64,000 nt of DNA. It comes from Phoronis australis. Lineage: Eukaryota > Animalia > Phoronida. Under the pieces are notes generated by a model. It was not told where the DNA came from. It saw only the letters and a program-made list of their open reading frames with translations, and made no database searches. Positions 23,219 to 36,274 of the stretch are shown piece by piece. The translations under genes and the position numbers were made by a program. Position 1 is the stretch's first letter. The number at the start of each line of letters is the position of its first letter. The stretch is from NCBI GenBank assembly GCA_002633005.1, contig NMRA01000045.1, positions 561,627 to 625,626 of the forward strand. Reading direction: 5' to 3'.

Positions 23219-26200
23219 AACTGAGTAATGTGGTCACATGTGCAATTTGCTAATTGGCAGATCAGTTTCAGTCATGGTCATACCAGGAGATATTGTTCTA
23301 GAACCCACCTTTATCATTTTTTCAAGTATAAACTGTCAAGATACATTCAAAATAGTTGTATAATGCAAACTGAAAATAGTTGAAATAGTTGGATTTCAGT
23401 GTTTTCCATGTCCTGTTTTAACATATAGCTGTGACCTCTTTGGCAGCACTAGCAACACACTTGCATGGCTGGCCACGAGTTTGAAAAAAATAGCGACCCA
23501 TTTGAAGTCATCGCCATCTTGTAATGTTACACGACAGTCTTTTTTTTGAAAAATCCTGGATCAGCTTAATAATTGCCTATAATTTCTCCTTTACTCATTT
23601 TAAGTACAGTAAATATTCAAATTAATGCCCAAAGTGCATAGATTGGTCAGCCAAGAAATCGGAGCAAAGTTGGGCGCTTAACCCATGATTCTGCTTCCTG
23701 TACCTTGTATAACAACGAATGTGAGACAATCGGACACTTATTTGTTGTGGTCTGCATTCTTTGTTGCACGATATTGAGAACTTGTTGTGAGAAAAGGTCG
23801 ACTCGATCTTCATTTAGAATAAAATACAATGATTTTTGAAACCCCTTTTAAAAAAGAATCAATGTTTTTATTATATACAAAATATCTTATTAAATTTTTT
23901 CATTACAAGCATTAAAAGTAACTTGAATTTGAATGTTTTTATTAATTATTTGAAAACAAATTACATTACTGAAAATTCTAAAACAAAGTAGTCCTACATG
24001 GTAGAACTACTATAATTTTGTACACCATGATAGTCTATTTTTGTTGAGTCAAGTTTTCATTCATTCATACATGTACATGTGCTGAAACAGCTTATTATTA
24101 TTATTTCAAATGACTTATTCTTATTAAAATGGCATAGCCAAAAATTGAGTTTTGGGCCTCAAAAGTGGGACCCCTTAGTACGATAGCGAAATATGTTAAC
24201 CAGAAAATACAATAGATCATGCACTTCCTAAGATATAGCCAAGTATTACGATCGAAGCATGTGATTACGCTTTTTCATTTGCGAGATCCTTGCATCTGCC
24301 AAACGCATGCCCACAAACGTGCCTCAGTCTCTCGATAACTTTTTACAATTTTGACATCAGGCGAGTTGAAGAAGTTTGCCGTGCCTTACTTTGATTCAAA
24401 AAAGGTCACAAACTCGTTCTTCCTTTTGACTCCTGACGCTGGTAAAAAGAAAGAGTCAACTCACATGTTTCACGCAATAAATGATGTTCTTATAAAATGC
24501 TAACGGTAACAATTAAATGAGAGATAACATTTCATTCAACATCTGAATAATGCGCTTCAATTCTAGAGTGCTCATTCCATCTGGAGCCAAAGATGCTCTT
24601 ATCTTGACTACCTGGACTATGTGTGTAAGGTAAATTAGTATGTTACAGCATCGATTCATTAATGGCGTAAATTAACCACTAACAACGTGAATTATCTACA
24701 TGTGTAATGTACGTATATGAATTAAATATTAATTATCAATTCATGCCGTTTTTCATTAATGTCGTTTTAATTAATTTATGTTTTGTAATTAGGGCAAGTA
24801 AATAACTGATTTTCGTCATCAAAAAACAATTTTCGCCGTTAATAACTGATGTATTGACGGATTTGATAGACATACATCACTTTCTCCTGACCAGTGTCAG
24901 TAATCTGAATGGTTCAGGGTGTATCCCTACTGATGGTTTTTTGTAATTGCTGAACCAACGTCGATTTTCACATAGATGTGACAACCATGGTGCCCCTAGT
25001 GGTAGTTTTGTTTGTCAAGTTTATTCCTGTTAGGCTAAGCACATCTAGTGCTGATTTTTGGATGGTTCCAACTAATGTAGCATGCACCCCCTTATTTGAT
25101 CTTTTTTCTTTGTGAAATTGCTAATGGTAATAATGAAATATCTACCGAGTCTTGTAATGGGTATTATTAAAAAATAATTGATTGTGACATAAAATCGAGG
25201 GCTTGAGCTTGATTTTTTGAGTAGTCGGACAATTAGCTGACATAACCAAAGACATTTTCAGTGTTGTTCTCTCGTTTCACAACATATTGCTGACTCTAAC
25301 CTCAATAAACCCAGTGCGATTTTGACAAAGATTCAAAATGATACTTCGTGTTCTTTTGCCGTTAAATTATCAATACACAACTTTAGTTACTTACAAGGAT
25401 TTCCTGTCAAAGCTCTGGAATAATAGCTTAATGAATTGCATTGGCCAATTTAAAGTACTTTTTTAAGGATGCAATCTGGTCTTGAAATGAATCTTTCTTC
25501 GAGATGAACTTAATGTCAATTTCCGCGTTAACGCTTAACTAATTACATTTGCCTGTTATAACGTCATTGTCTTTATGAATCACCTCATTGCCAACCGTGG
25601 AGCATCTCGGAGACAAACCCACACGGAACTGTTTACCCGAACAATTGTTTTTTTCAATTATTTTTTAAAAAGATGTTATCAGCCATTACCAATGATACAA
25701 ACTAAGTAAAACAGTGTAAAGTATGTTACAATAGACGTCGTTAGCAATGTATTAAAAGCCCAACCTTTCAAGCATTACTCATTTCGACAAGGTGTAACAA
25801 ACTGCTGTGGTCAAGGTTAAGTCAAGGTCACACAGTTAATATGTATTTCTCACTTATTTTGTACAAACTGGTAATCGCCATAACTGTGGTAATTCTGTTC
25901 TTCAAAGGCTGGTTACCTTTGCTGCAAATGACTTAAACTTTTACCAATGTTGTTAATATCTACGCTGTACCAAAATTTAAACTTCCAAAAATGGCCAGTG
26001 GGTAGAGCTGAGCTATCAGGTCACTAAGTTGGGATGAATGCTCAGCTGGCAGCTTCCTGTTTGCAGCACTCGCTCCTAGGCATCTTTCTGTAATAAAATC
26101 TTCTTAACTGGTTCCTTGCTTAGATTAGAAAAGATTTCTAGCCTGGAGAAAAAATGGACCAGTAATTATTGCGTCAGACCTGGAGTCCACATTTTTCTTG

Positions 26201-27186
26201 TCACGGCGGGTTCCGGGTTTCACTCGCCAATGCAGTATGGCTGTCACGGTAATTTGGATGATTTGTTGAAGCCAATTTCAATTCTGGCAAAAGATAAGAA
26301 TGCGAATCGATGTTGCTTTGTAAGAGTTAATTCCTGTGCTAAGAAAGTTGTAGTGTAACACTAAAACATTGCTGTATAGCGGTGTCATTGCGCCAATTAA
26401 AATATCCATTACTGTGCCACTTGCGTAATTTACGATTGGCTCAAGAATTATAAGTGGCAATGTCGCATCAGGAATATTGTCATAATTGCAGAATTTTCAG
26501 TGAAGTATTGCAACAGGACAATGAGATTAAGTCTTGTTACATGGTGAAAGTCATGAAACAAAATTTTTTGCTTTTTAGATATCTCAACTATCTATGATTA
26601 CATTTTCATGCACAAAATTTGGCGAATAACGTGTTGTTTCTGTAAATACATAAAGTATGAGTCCCTGTCTGGGTGTCCCCATTTTTGTTACCCGTTTACT
26701 ACTGAGTTGGCGTAGTCATTGGTATTTGAAAATAGCTGATTATGTCTCATCAATGAAATGCATGTCCTTAACCACAGTCACAAAGTGACCTAAAAGTCTA
26801 CTGGGTAAACATGGCTCTAATTGTCTGAGTTAACGTTCAGCTAATTAGGCATGATTACTATCTCACAACATATGTTTTTGCCATCTTCTCATTGTTTTGT
26901 CATTTGCAGGCTGCGCACTGCTGATGGCATAATGTAACTTGAATGAACAGACCCCTGAGCCCAATGCTAGATGTCGGAGAGGGCTTGAGCAAAGCAAAAG
27001 GCATTGGTTGTTAACAGGTTGGTGTTTCCAGAGGACTCGTGATTGCCAGTCAACAGTAATTTGTTTATCGTTTTTGCTTGTTATGCACCTGGGGACTGGT
27101 CTTGTCCAGTGATTGATCACTCACTTGTCAAACCTGGTGGTACGGTAATAGGTCCAAATCAATAGGACACTAAGGCTTGTTTAGTA

Positions 27187-27415
27187 CAGTAAAATCTCTT
27201 GTTTTGGACACCATATGGCATACAATTGATTCTTGTTTTCTCATTTTTTCCATAAAAGATATTCATTGCCAAATTAACACTTTTCCGTGTTCACGCTCTG
27301 TATTGTAAATACTAATAGACAACACCCTGAAGCATTGCTTTCATTCTGCTGGAATACCATCCCAAATCCTAGGGAGAATTGGGGAATTTTTACCGAAATT
27401 ATTGAGATTTTACTG
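27187..27415. mobile_element. Tigger/pogo-like MITE, 229 bp
   Basis: TA|CAGTAAAATCTC ... GAGATTTTACTG|TA: perfect 12-bp TIR with TA TSD. Related left ends near 2333, 8242 and 22594. Confidence 0.8.
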
Positions 27416-27879
27416 TACGGCATTGATTAATTTAGAGTTGACTACAGACAGTAATGTGAAACATTTTAAGACAACGTTAAACAAAAAGACTAAAAATCAT
27501 CAGAGCTTGAGATAAGCCAAAGGTACTGGACAATGATGGATGGTTGTTAGTTTCATTGACAGTTTTCACAAATTCTCTTCTTTACAAACTGCAGACTATC
27601 CATACCGGAAATGCTATGAGGCACTATGAGGTTTCAGTTACTAAAAATAATCTTTGACAATGTTGTTGGTTGTTTGCCTAATCATTTTAACTCTTTAACC
27701 ATTTTGCTTGTCTAGACATTTCCAATTAGATTATGGTTATAAAGGACCTGTGCGTTGTGCCAAATATTTTACACAACTATAAATTTCAACTCAAGTATAT
27801 ACTTTCTGAAACTAGACAGCCTTTAAAATTTGATTCTTGATTTTCATCAATCTGAAGTTACTCCAGTCACATGACCTTG

Positions 27880-30800
27880 TCTTTTTGCATCTATGCATGC
27901 ATATTGCTGTCATCTCTGAGCGTCTAGCGTGCAGCTGCTGTATCTCCTAAGCTCCTGGTACGAACTTAATGAAATTTGGCCGACGTGTTTCTGTGAAGTT
28001 GACAATAGATGACGACGAGTTTCAGAAGGATTTGACTACCGCTGTGGCCCCTAGGGGCAATTTTATTTTTTGTACGTTTGTCTTTGTATCTTCGGAGTTC
28101 CTAGATAGATTTTTACGAAATATTGCAAAAATGTTGCAATTAAGGAGACTTCACCTTCCTATTTTCAGATACACGTGATGTATTCTGCGCCACCTAGTGG
28201 CTGTTTTCAAAATTATTGAATCTGCCACTGTGTATGCCAAACCACTCAAAGGATTGCTATGAAAATTGGCAAATACAATGCTAATGAGAACACTGCGGTT
28301 GATGTTAATTTTGGGACATGTTTGACTACTCTGGCACCCCTTAGTGGTGATTTTTCTGTGGGTGTATCTCCTATACTCTATGGAGTATCTTTGTGCAATT
28401 TGTCAGATGTCTTCCTACGAAGCTGCCAATGGATGACATTGAGTTTCAGATCAATCCGATTACTGCTGTATCTGCTAGTGAAATTTTTATCTTAGCCTTT
28501 GTATGTTTAGAGTTCAATGATGTTTTTTTTTGGAAATTTTGCAAAATGGTGTTCAGGAGATGATGATACCTTATTAATTTGAAGCTGTTTTTTTGGCGTC
28601 TGCCTCTTGATTTGTCAAACCTCTCAAAGACTCATTATGAAACTTAGGAAATATGTTCCTGATGATTAAACCATGGTTGACGTTCATTTTTGACAAGTTT
28701 TGAATCCATTGCTGAATCTCCTTAATCCCTTGAAGAGTCTGTGGAATTTTGAAAGCGTTTTCCTAATAGGAAAAAGGATGACTGCCAATGATTTTCATGT
28801 ATCTCTAAAACTCTTTGTAGGATCTGTATTAAATTTGGCATGTGTATTTGCACAAAGTTGCCAACGAACCACAATTTTTCATGGACAGATCCAACTACTG
28901 ATGTACCCCCTAGTGACAGGTTTATTTTTCACGCTTTCTTCTCTAATCTTTGGTAATTTATTTTTTGTGAAATTTGGTTTTTAAATTTCTAGTTAAGATA
29001 CGATGGTATCTGTCTGTTTTCAGATGGATTTGACATAGTGCACGTCACCTATTGACTGCTTTTATTATTTTTGAGCCCATTTTTGGCATCCGCCTCGCTA
29101 TCAGCCAAAAAGGATGATGACTAAAATTGCATATACCATGGTATGTTCCCTACTGGGAAGACAACGGCTAGTGCTAATTTTGAGACAGCTCTGTCTACTG
29201 GGGCACCTCCTAGTGGCAGTTTTGCTTTTTTGTGTTCTTGGCTTTATCTCCCAAGGCTTGGAATTTTCCGCAGAAACGCGGACTTCCGCTTTTTCCGCTT
29301 ATTCCCTCCACGCATTTTTTCTATATTTCTGTGGAAAAAATCGGATTTACCGTAACATTTCCGCGGCAAATTAGTTTCTAACTACAGCATTGCCGATGAC
29401 TCGAAAAGGGCACAGTGTTCTTTATGTTTCGGAGAAACGAAAATCGTAATTGCTGGGGCACCTGGGATAGCGTGGTTCGTCAATGGCATCTGCATATGGT
29501 ATTATTGCAGTGACAAATAGTGCGGTTCTGCGACCAAAAATGCGTGGAGCTTGGAGTAGACAGAATATTTCGGGGAAAAAGTGGATAAAGGAAACGGTCA
29601 ATGTGTTCACGAACAACAAAAGTCATGGTTTGCGCGCTGTAAAGTTTGACAGAGGGACAATTACGGCGTGTGTGGCCGAATCGCGGAGGGCCACCTGAAA
29701 ATGGCGAAAGTCAAGAAAGAAAAACACTTTCTGAAAGGAAATACAACTGTAACCGGTAATTCCTTGGATTGGAATTGTGGGATGTGAGTGATGTATGTAA
29801 TTCTTTTGTTTGATCCCATGTGCAAGTCCGTTCTGGCAGTTCAATGCCAAGTTGGCTGCTAGACCTGAGTCCGATTTTCTACATGCTGCCGAAACGGGAT
29901 ACAAAGTGCTATTTTCGTTACTGCAAATGTGTTTTAAATTGTCGTTGATGTATTCCAATTTATTTTGACATTTTTCATGTTTTATTTTGTTAAAAAAGTC
30001 TTATTTTGACTGGCTCGAGTTTTGCAGTTCAAGAGAGAAGTGGTCACATTTCATTTTTCCATGCTAATAGTTGGGGTATGAGCCACAGGTTTTCGTCTTG
30101 ACTTTTTTCCATTTGAGTTGGAATTAAATTTTTTGTTGGAATTAAATGTGTATGTATTTCAGATAATCTCTGGATCAGTTTTCAAAATATTTTGATAATT
30201 TTGTATCGTAATTATAAGAACTGAAAATAATTTTATAGATCTCCCTGCAGCAAATCAAGAATAAGCTTCTGTCACTCACTGCAAATTTTGCATCGTTATC
30301 ATTATCACTTTAATTTTTAAAAAATATCTTTTGTTGTATCTAATTGCTTTCATTATTGTTGCTGAAATAGATGTCAGGTACTGCTTAAGATGAGGGTGTT
30401 TTGCCAACACGACATAGTTACAGGGCATCTTGTGACAATAATGTTTACTTTCGATCTGTTGAGGTATGGTTGTTTAGGTTGCAATGTGTATTTGGGGCAG
30501 TAAAAAATTTCCTCTTTTTTGTCATGGGTCATTCCTAGTCCTGATCTCCTAAACCTTCTGCAGGATTTTTGTTAAATTTGCTTTTTATTCCGTAGGAAGG
30601 TGGCAACAGATGATGATGAAATTTGGATAGATCTGACTACCACTGTGACCCCTATTGGCATTTTTTATTTTTCCCCTAGTGACGTCTTCCTATTTTCAGA
30701 TAGTGTGCACCTATCAGTGACCATTTTATTATTTTCAAGTTCATCTCTCTATCCTTTAAACCATTTTAAAAATCATTATGAAAATTGGTATGTGTGTTGT

Positions 30801-30960
30801 TGCGGGGAAGAGAATGTCTGCGGCACCCCCTAATGGCAATTTTTCATACCCACAGCTGTTTGTTGTAAACCCCTACAGGGATCTGTGAAATCGGGCATTT
30901 GTATGTCTATAACATAACAGATGACAAAGACTTTTATACCGCTGTGCCCTCTAGTGCCAG
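27880..30960 (+). repeat. Degenerate ~140-bp tandem array (Helentron/DINE-like internal repeats), split by the 29252-30543 insertion
   Basis: Recurring unit tatctcc...gaaatttgg...tttcaga...gactac...gcgccmcctagtgg; motifs at 28044, 28187, 28334, 28468, 28903, 29042, 29203, 30645, 30823 and 30944. Confidence 0.7.
29252..30543 (+). mobile_element. hAT-like non-autonomous element with 6-bp TSD, 1292 bp
   Basis: ATCTCC|CAAGGCTTGGAAT ... ATTCCTAGTCCTG|ATCTCC (TIR 10/13); the host array resumes after the second ATCTCC. Confidence 0.75.
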
Positions 30961-31159
30961 TTTAATTTTCTATACAATCTTGGCAGGTGTATTCTTACTG
31001 ATTAGTGAGCATCGCCAACTTTCAATCCTCCTTGAGACTAGTAGCATTGCTTCGTTTAGTGGGAATGTTTGAAATTTTTATCGTTGTATCTGTGATGTAG
31101 GCAATGTACAGAGTGTATGCTCTTGTACTCTCCTAGAATTGCCGACTCAAGCAACTGCA

Positions 31160-31315
31160 GGAGTATTTTCTTGAGTCGTCACAGGGGTATTTTCTTGAGT
31201 CATCATGGGAACATTTTCTTTAGTCGTCACTGGAGTTTTCTTTAGTTATCACGTGAGCATTTCTTCAATCGTCACATGAGCGTTTTCTGGAGTCGTCACA
31301 CGTGCGTTCTCTTGA
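31160..31315. repeat. Degenerate 22-24-bp minisatellite (gtattttcttgagtcgtcac...), about 7 copies
   Basis: Read directly. Confidence 0.85.
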
Positions 31316-31373
31316 AATGTAATGCTACAAAAAGTCAACTTGTAGAGACTGGTCTGTTGCAATAATAAACTTA

Positions 31374-31584
31374 CGGTAAACGTTCGGATTAGCCCTGGGC
31401 GGTTAAATTGGCGAACCCAAAAAATTGGGGGTGGGCGGTTAACCAGACATGGGCGCTTAAACGTGAAATTTCAAGAAATCGCGGGTGGGCGGTTAACCGA
31501 GCAGTGGGCGGTTAAATCAAAAATCCACCTAAAGTAGGGGATGGGCGGTTAAGTGAACAGGGGCGTTAACCTGAACGTTTACAG
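31374..31584 (-). mobile_element. pogo/mariner-type MITE, internal-deletion derivative of the 57144-59588 family
   Basis: TA-flanked; its reverse complement is a fusion of the left and right ends of the 2.45-kb element; multiple gggcggttaa subterminal repeats. Confidence 0.9.
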
Positions 31585-33332
31585 TATATTCTATCCAACC
31601 CCAGAAATCATCAGGTTTGACTAACAACAATTCAAAACCAATTTCATGACCGTAATAGGTTTAAATCAAAATTAGGCTTTTATAAATCAAGAATAGTTCG
31701 TAGTCCCTTGAAGTTGATTCATTGAGCCTTTAAAATGTTAGTTGCAAACTTACCTACTGTTTGGGGGTTAATTAGGCTGACTCTAATGAGCTGACTCGCT
31801 GAAAATGAAGCAAAACTGATTTGTGTGTCATTGGCTCATGCAATCACGAATCAGACAGTTTTTTGAGTGAGACCCTCCATCATTGGATAATTGTGACAGC
31901 GTGTATGAAAGGGATGAACTCTTGACTACTTCGACATAGTTCAGATGAATGCATGTTGACAGATACGCTGTCATCACAGGGTACGTGGACTCCACTGGTT
32001 GTCTTATCATGACGCAAAAGGTGATGACAGAAGTGACAAATTTCTGTCGCATTTTGTAATTCGATGATTATGCCTTATTAGGAGTTAATTAATTACTAAA
32101 ACGCATTCTGAAATTCACAAAAACTTCAACCTTTTGTGTCTTAAAAGTGACACTGATGAGAAGTAAGATTTAAAAAGTTCTGTTCAGAATGCGACGGTCA
32201 ACGGTCAGTGCATCATTTACGTTACTTATGTAAAAAGCAATGGGGTGTAAAACCTTATTTGTAGTTCTGAATTAGTTTTAATTTTTGTAAAAAAACAAGA
32301 CAGTGGTTGAAATTCGTGTGGATAGATGAATTTCATTGAAGTAGTGAACACCAGCTTCAGAATGAGTTGGGGTACAGACCAGAAACTGAGAGCTATGGTT
32401 GTTGCACTCGTCATCTGAGTAAGTGTTTTCGATAACGTAGGACTGCCATTCTCTAAGTGATAACGTTACCTTCTTGAAACAACCAGTTGTCTTAAAATTT
32501 GACTTCAGACTTTCCCACTCATTCTTGGTCTTTGTACGTTTCATTGCTTTCAATGGGAGACTTTCAAATAGCACCGTGGCGACTGGCCACATGGGACCGG
32601 ATACTAGTGACCTCTAGAGGATGAGGAGACACTTTATATTTGTGTTTAAAACACTTCACATCTAATCTCATACATTGCAAAAAAGGTCTTTTCACGAAGT
32701 CAACCCATTCCCCTATGCCACTCGATGTCAAGACAAGGTAACTCCCGGTACAGCTAGGTGGCACTATGAATCAGCAGTCCCACATGATGGAGCCCATTGC
32801 TTCCTGAAAGTCTCCAATTGTTAAAATAAGGTCGGAATTTCGCTCACATCTTAGATGGACTAGGGTGACCAAAGTACAATGAAAATATGTTCCAATGAAA
32901 TATATTTATTTTCGTCATGTGGACTGTTTATATGACTGACACAATGCCTGTGGGACCACTCTGGCTACATCTGACTAATGTCATTTAGACAGATAGTGCA
33001 ACTACCCGGTATATGGAGAACTGCCTATTAAACTTGTGATGTGGTCCAAGTCATTAGCGTGTTTAATGAGATTTGTATGAAAGATGGGCTGCTGCAGACT
33101 ACTATTGTCTTAAAGCAGAAAGTATTCTTTTAAACATTATCAAAGTTCTTGTTTTAATGGATTAGCCAATGCTGGAATTCTGTGTCTGTGCTGGGAACAG
33201 ATCTCTCTGTCTCGCATTCCAATTCTGAAATACTCTCGGGAGATGTATTAGCCTTGTTTTTTTCACATCATTTAGCTCACATGAATATTTGATTTTTAAA
33301 ATCACTTCTCGACGCACGCTTTACTGTTCTAG

Positions 33333-33479
33333 CTGTGGTTGCGATAACAAAGTGTTGGGAATGGCAGAAGCCAGACAGCGCATGCTGTTGGAGGATTCCG
33401 ACGAGGATGAGACAGACTTCACACGTGAGCTTCCTGACCGCTTTAAACACCTGACATTAAAGAAAAAGACCTCGTACAG
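33333..33479 (+). CDS. Spliceosomal exon of an unidentified host gene (...MAEARQRMLLEDSDEDETDFTRELPDRFKHLTLKKKTSY-)
   Basis: Acceptor ctttactgttcTAG (ending 33332), donor CAG|gtagac (33480), 147 nt with an open frame, good Kozak context ggaATGG at 33361, raised GC and protein-like composition. Confidence 0.7.
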
Positions 33480-34126
33480 GTAGACTATGAATGATGCATG
33501 ACTGAAAGAAAAGTTGATCATTGTATCAGAACCTGAGCCCATCTCATTAGAGTTTGCTAATTAAAGGTGCACTTCTCCATGTTTAGCTGTACCTTTAAGC
33601 ATATTTTGAGTTCTTAAGCGAAGAGCCAAAACCTACGGCTGATCTGTGATATACTCATGGGAAATGGGTCGTTTTTGTGTCATGTGACTGGCCTATTTTT
33701 GAATGGAAGTCCCTCCGTGCCATTGTCCAATTTCAGGGTTGGCCAACCTTGATAAAATTGACGTTTTTTAATGCGTTTCTTGATCTGTTGAAGGTTTCTT
33801 CTTGGCAACAGAATACATTTCCTATTACGGCAAGGAAAAGTTTAGGACAAATTTTCTGAGTCAGAGTAAAAGTCCTGATTTGATTTTTGTTTCTTATCCA
33901 GCTAAACATGGCGAAATGCAGTTTTAAATTGCTATTTTTGTTTTGTATACTCAAGAACATAACTATTCTGTCTATGCTGCTAATAATCTGTCTAGCTACA
34001 CTATACTGCTCAGATTTCAGTGCAGAATTACACGTCTTACAGGCCTCAATAGTAATGCCCCGTTCTAACTTGAATCCATTTGTACCATCTGTTTATGTCA
34101 CTACATTGCTCAGTGTATAAAGCAAA

Positions 34127-34576
34127 GACCCCATCCACTGGAAGATTCCAGAACATGCGCTTTTCTCACCTTCGAGTCATTATGTTCCTTCTTAAAGAGG
34201 CCCGTGATCGTATTGTTTGTCGCGTCTGCGTATTATTTATCATTTGTTATACTCTTCGTATAATAAGACATAGCCAGATAAAAGTATGCGACAAAACAAT
34301 AAGAACCTACACACGCACATGCGACAATATAGTCTGCACATGCGCAAGTATGCATCACCTCCCCCATCCGAGTTACATCGATTAAATTATGCATTTTACC
34401 TCACAAGCGCCTGATGCAGTTTAATGAAGGTCAAATCGATTCAAAACCACCCCCACAAGCGTCTTCTGGTTTATTTGATTTAAGCTAAACCGGTTACGTT
34501 TACACACGGCTCCTAAATCAATTTGAACACCAAACCAGTTTTGAATCGATTTAAAGTCTTCTAGGTAGATGGGGTC
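34127..34576. mobile_element. Harbinger-like MITE
   Basis: GACCCCATCCACTGGAAGA / TCTTCTAGGTAGATGGGGTC imperfect TIR; subterminal aaatcgattcaaaac / gttttgaatcgattt; TSD degraded. Confidence 0.55.
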
Positions 34577-35260
34577 AAGAGCACCTTAACTTGTCTTTGG
34601 TGGACCTCTGACCTTAATCAGAACAAACCAGGATTCATTTGCGAGTTGCAAAAAGGGAACAGCTGCCACAACAATCTCGTCCGTTAGTTATCACGCTGTT
34701 TTTGATGTCTTGCACCATGAATTTTTAATGCGACCACTCCACTGTGATTCCCCCAGCCTTCATCGTCTGTTGGAGTGCAGTGTTCCATTTTTGTGAGAGA
34801 TTCTGTGTATGAGTGTACGAGAGTATATGACTGCGTGTTCCAGTATAATGTTCTGTTTGAATGTGCACCTTGATCCCAACTGGAGATTTACACAAAAACC
34901 ATGTATCTGTCGGGGGGGGGGGGGGGGGGGGGNAGTTGGTCTCCCAGTGCTGTGCACAAGCAATGTCAGTCGCTGTTTCACAATTATGTTATTTGTAAAG
35001 GGCAGTATTTGATGTAAAAAGTCAGGTATTGTTTTCAGGACTATTTTTGACTATCTGCTAGCAGGAGCAGCAGGTGGCAGGTCGATGATCCTTTTTGGGG
35101 ACTTGGCAACTGGAAGTTTTGTGCAGGGGTTTGAAATCATGAAACACAGTGAAGTCAAATAAGTACTGTGGCCTTTTTTGATGTTCTTTAATGATTCACT
35201 TTTCTGATTTAGTTAAGTTGCTGTTGCCATTGCGATTTACTTGGCCACAGTCATGTATTC

Positions 35261-35680
35261 TTAGTAGTAGTAGTAGAAGTAATATACTTTAAGACAAAAA
35301 ATACAGTTAATACAAATTAAATCTTATGAAGACTCCGTGAAGGACCCAAAGGGTCTGCTGACCACAGTACAACAATTCCACACCTTATTTTGGACAGTTT
35401 ACCTAACAAGACACTGGAAGGCAATAATCATAGTTTTGCCATTTTTTAATTTGGTAAACTGTTTATTTCAAGATAATTGTAATGTGGTATATTGAGTATT
35501 GTATTTTATTTTTTCAGTCGTAAAATAAATAAGTTTAGCATTCCCAACAGAATGACATCAGCCCTGCTCTTCGCTGCGTATTGCCTAATTTTCAAGCCGA
35601 AGTAATTTTGGAATGGGTTTATATTTGGGTCAATTAGGCATTGATATGGGTGCATTTTACAAAATCGTAAAAATTGATAT
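35261..35680 (-). mobile_element. 3' end relic of an L2/Crack/CR1-group LINE
   Basis: Minus strand ends in a (TAC)n tail, preceded by the hairpin GACCC-ttt-GGGTC and a PFQNYF peptide resembling the ORF2 C-terminal LPxxFxxYF. Confidence 0.45.
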
Positions 35681-36274
35681 AGCCCTGACTTTTTTTACCC
35701 AATGAACTTACGCCCTTACCCATCATTTTTGTGAGAGTACCCCCAGGTGTTTACTTGACGATTGTCTGTGATTGTGAGGCACTACATGGTGGTATACATG
35801 CCAAAATGTAATCGGATTGGAATCCCGTGGTTCGGAATATAATCCTGGCTTGATGACTGGCAGGAAACAGAATTCCTTTTCGATGTGGCTGACTAATGAC
35901 AGGTCTTTACCTGCCATGACAGGGAATCGAAATTGTGTCCGATTATTTTTGGCGTGTATTACATGACTGTTGTAAGGTTGACAGTTAAATTGTTATGCAG
36001 CCTGTGGTGCTATTTTACACTTCAATCCTCTACAGAGTCATTAAAAATTGTATTGGAATGTCAATTTGATTAAAAAAATCTATAAGTGTGTCATCATTTT
36101 GAATTATTTTCTCACTTACCGTGATTGTTCAAATGTCAATCGATGGTTGCTTGGCAAATTTCTGAGAATGCCTAGTCTTGTGCCATGTTTTGTCAGAGGA
36201 GAAAGAATAAAACCTGAAAATGCGTATGATTGACGTGCAAGTTTGAGCACCTGATTGATTAAAATGTGCACATA

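Noticed and set aside
34912-34933. G21 run as a G-quadruplex element
   Set aside because: Homopolymer ending in an N; its length is unreliable and there is no supporting context.
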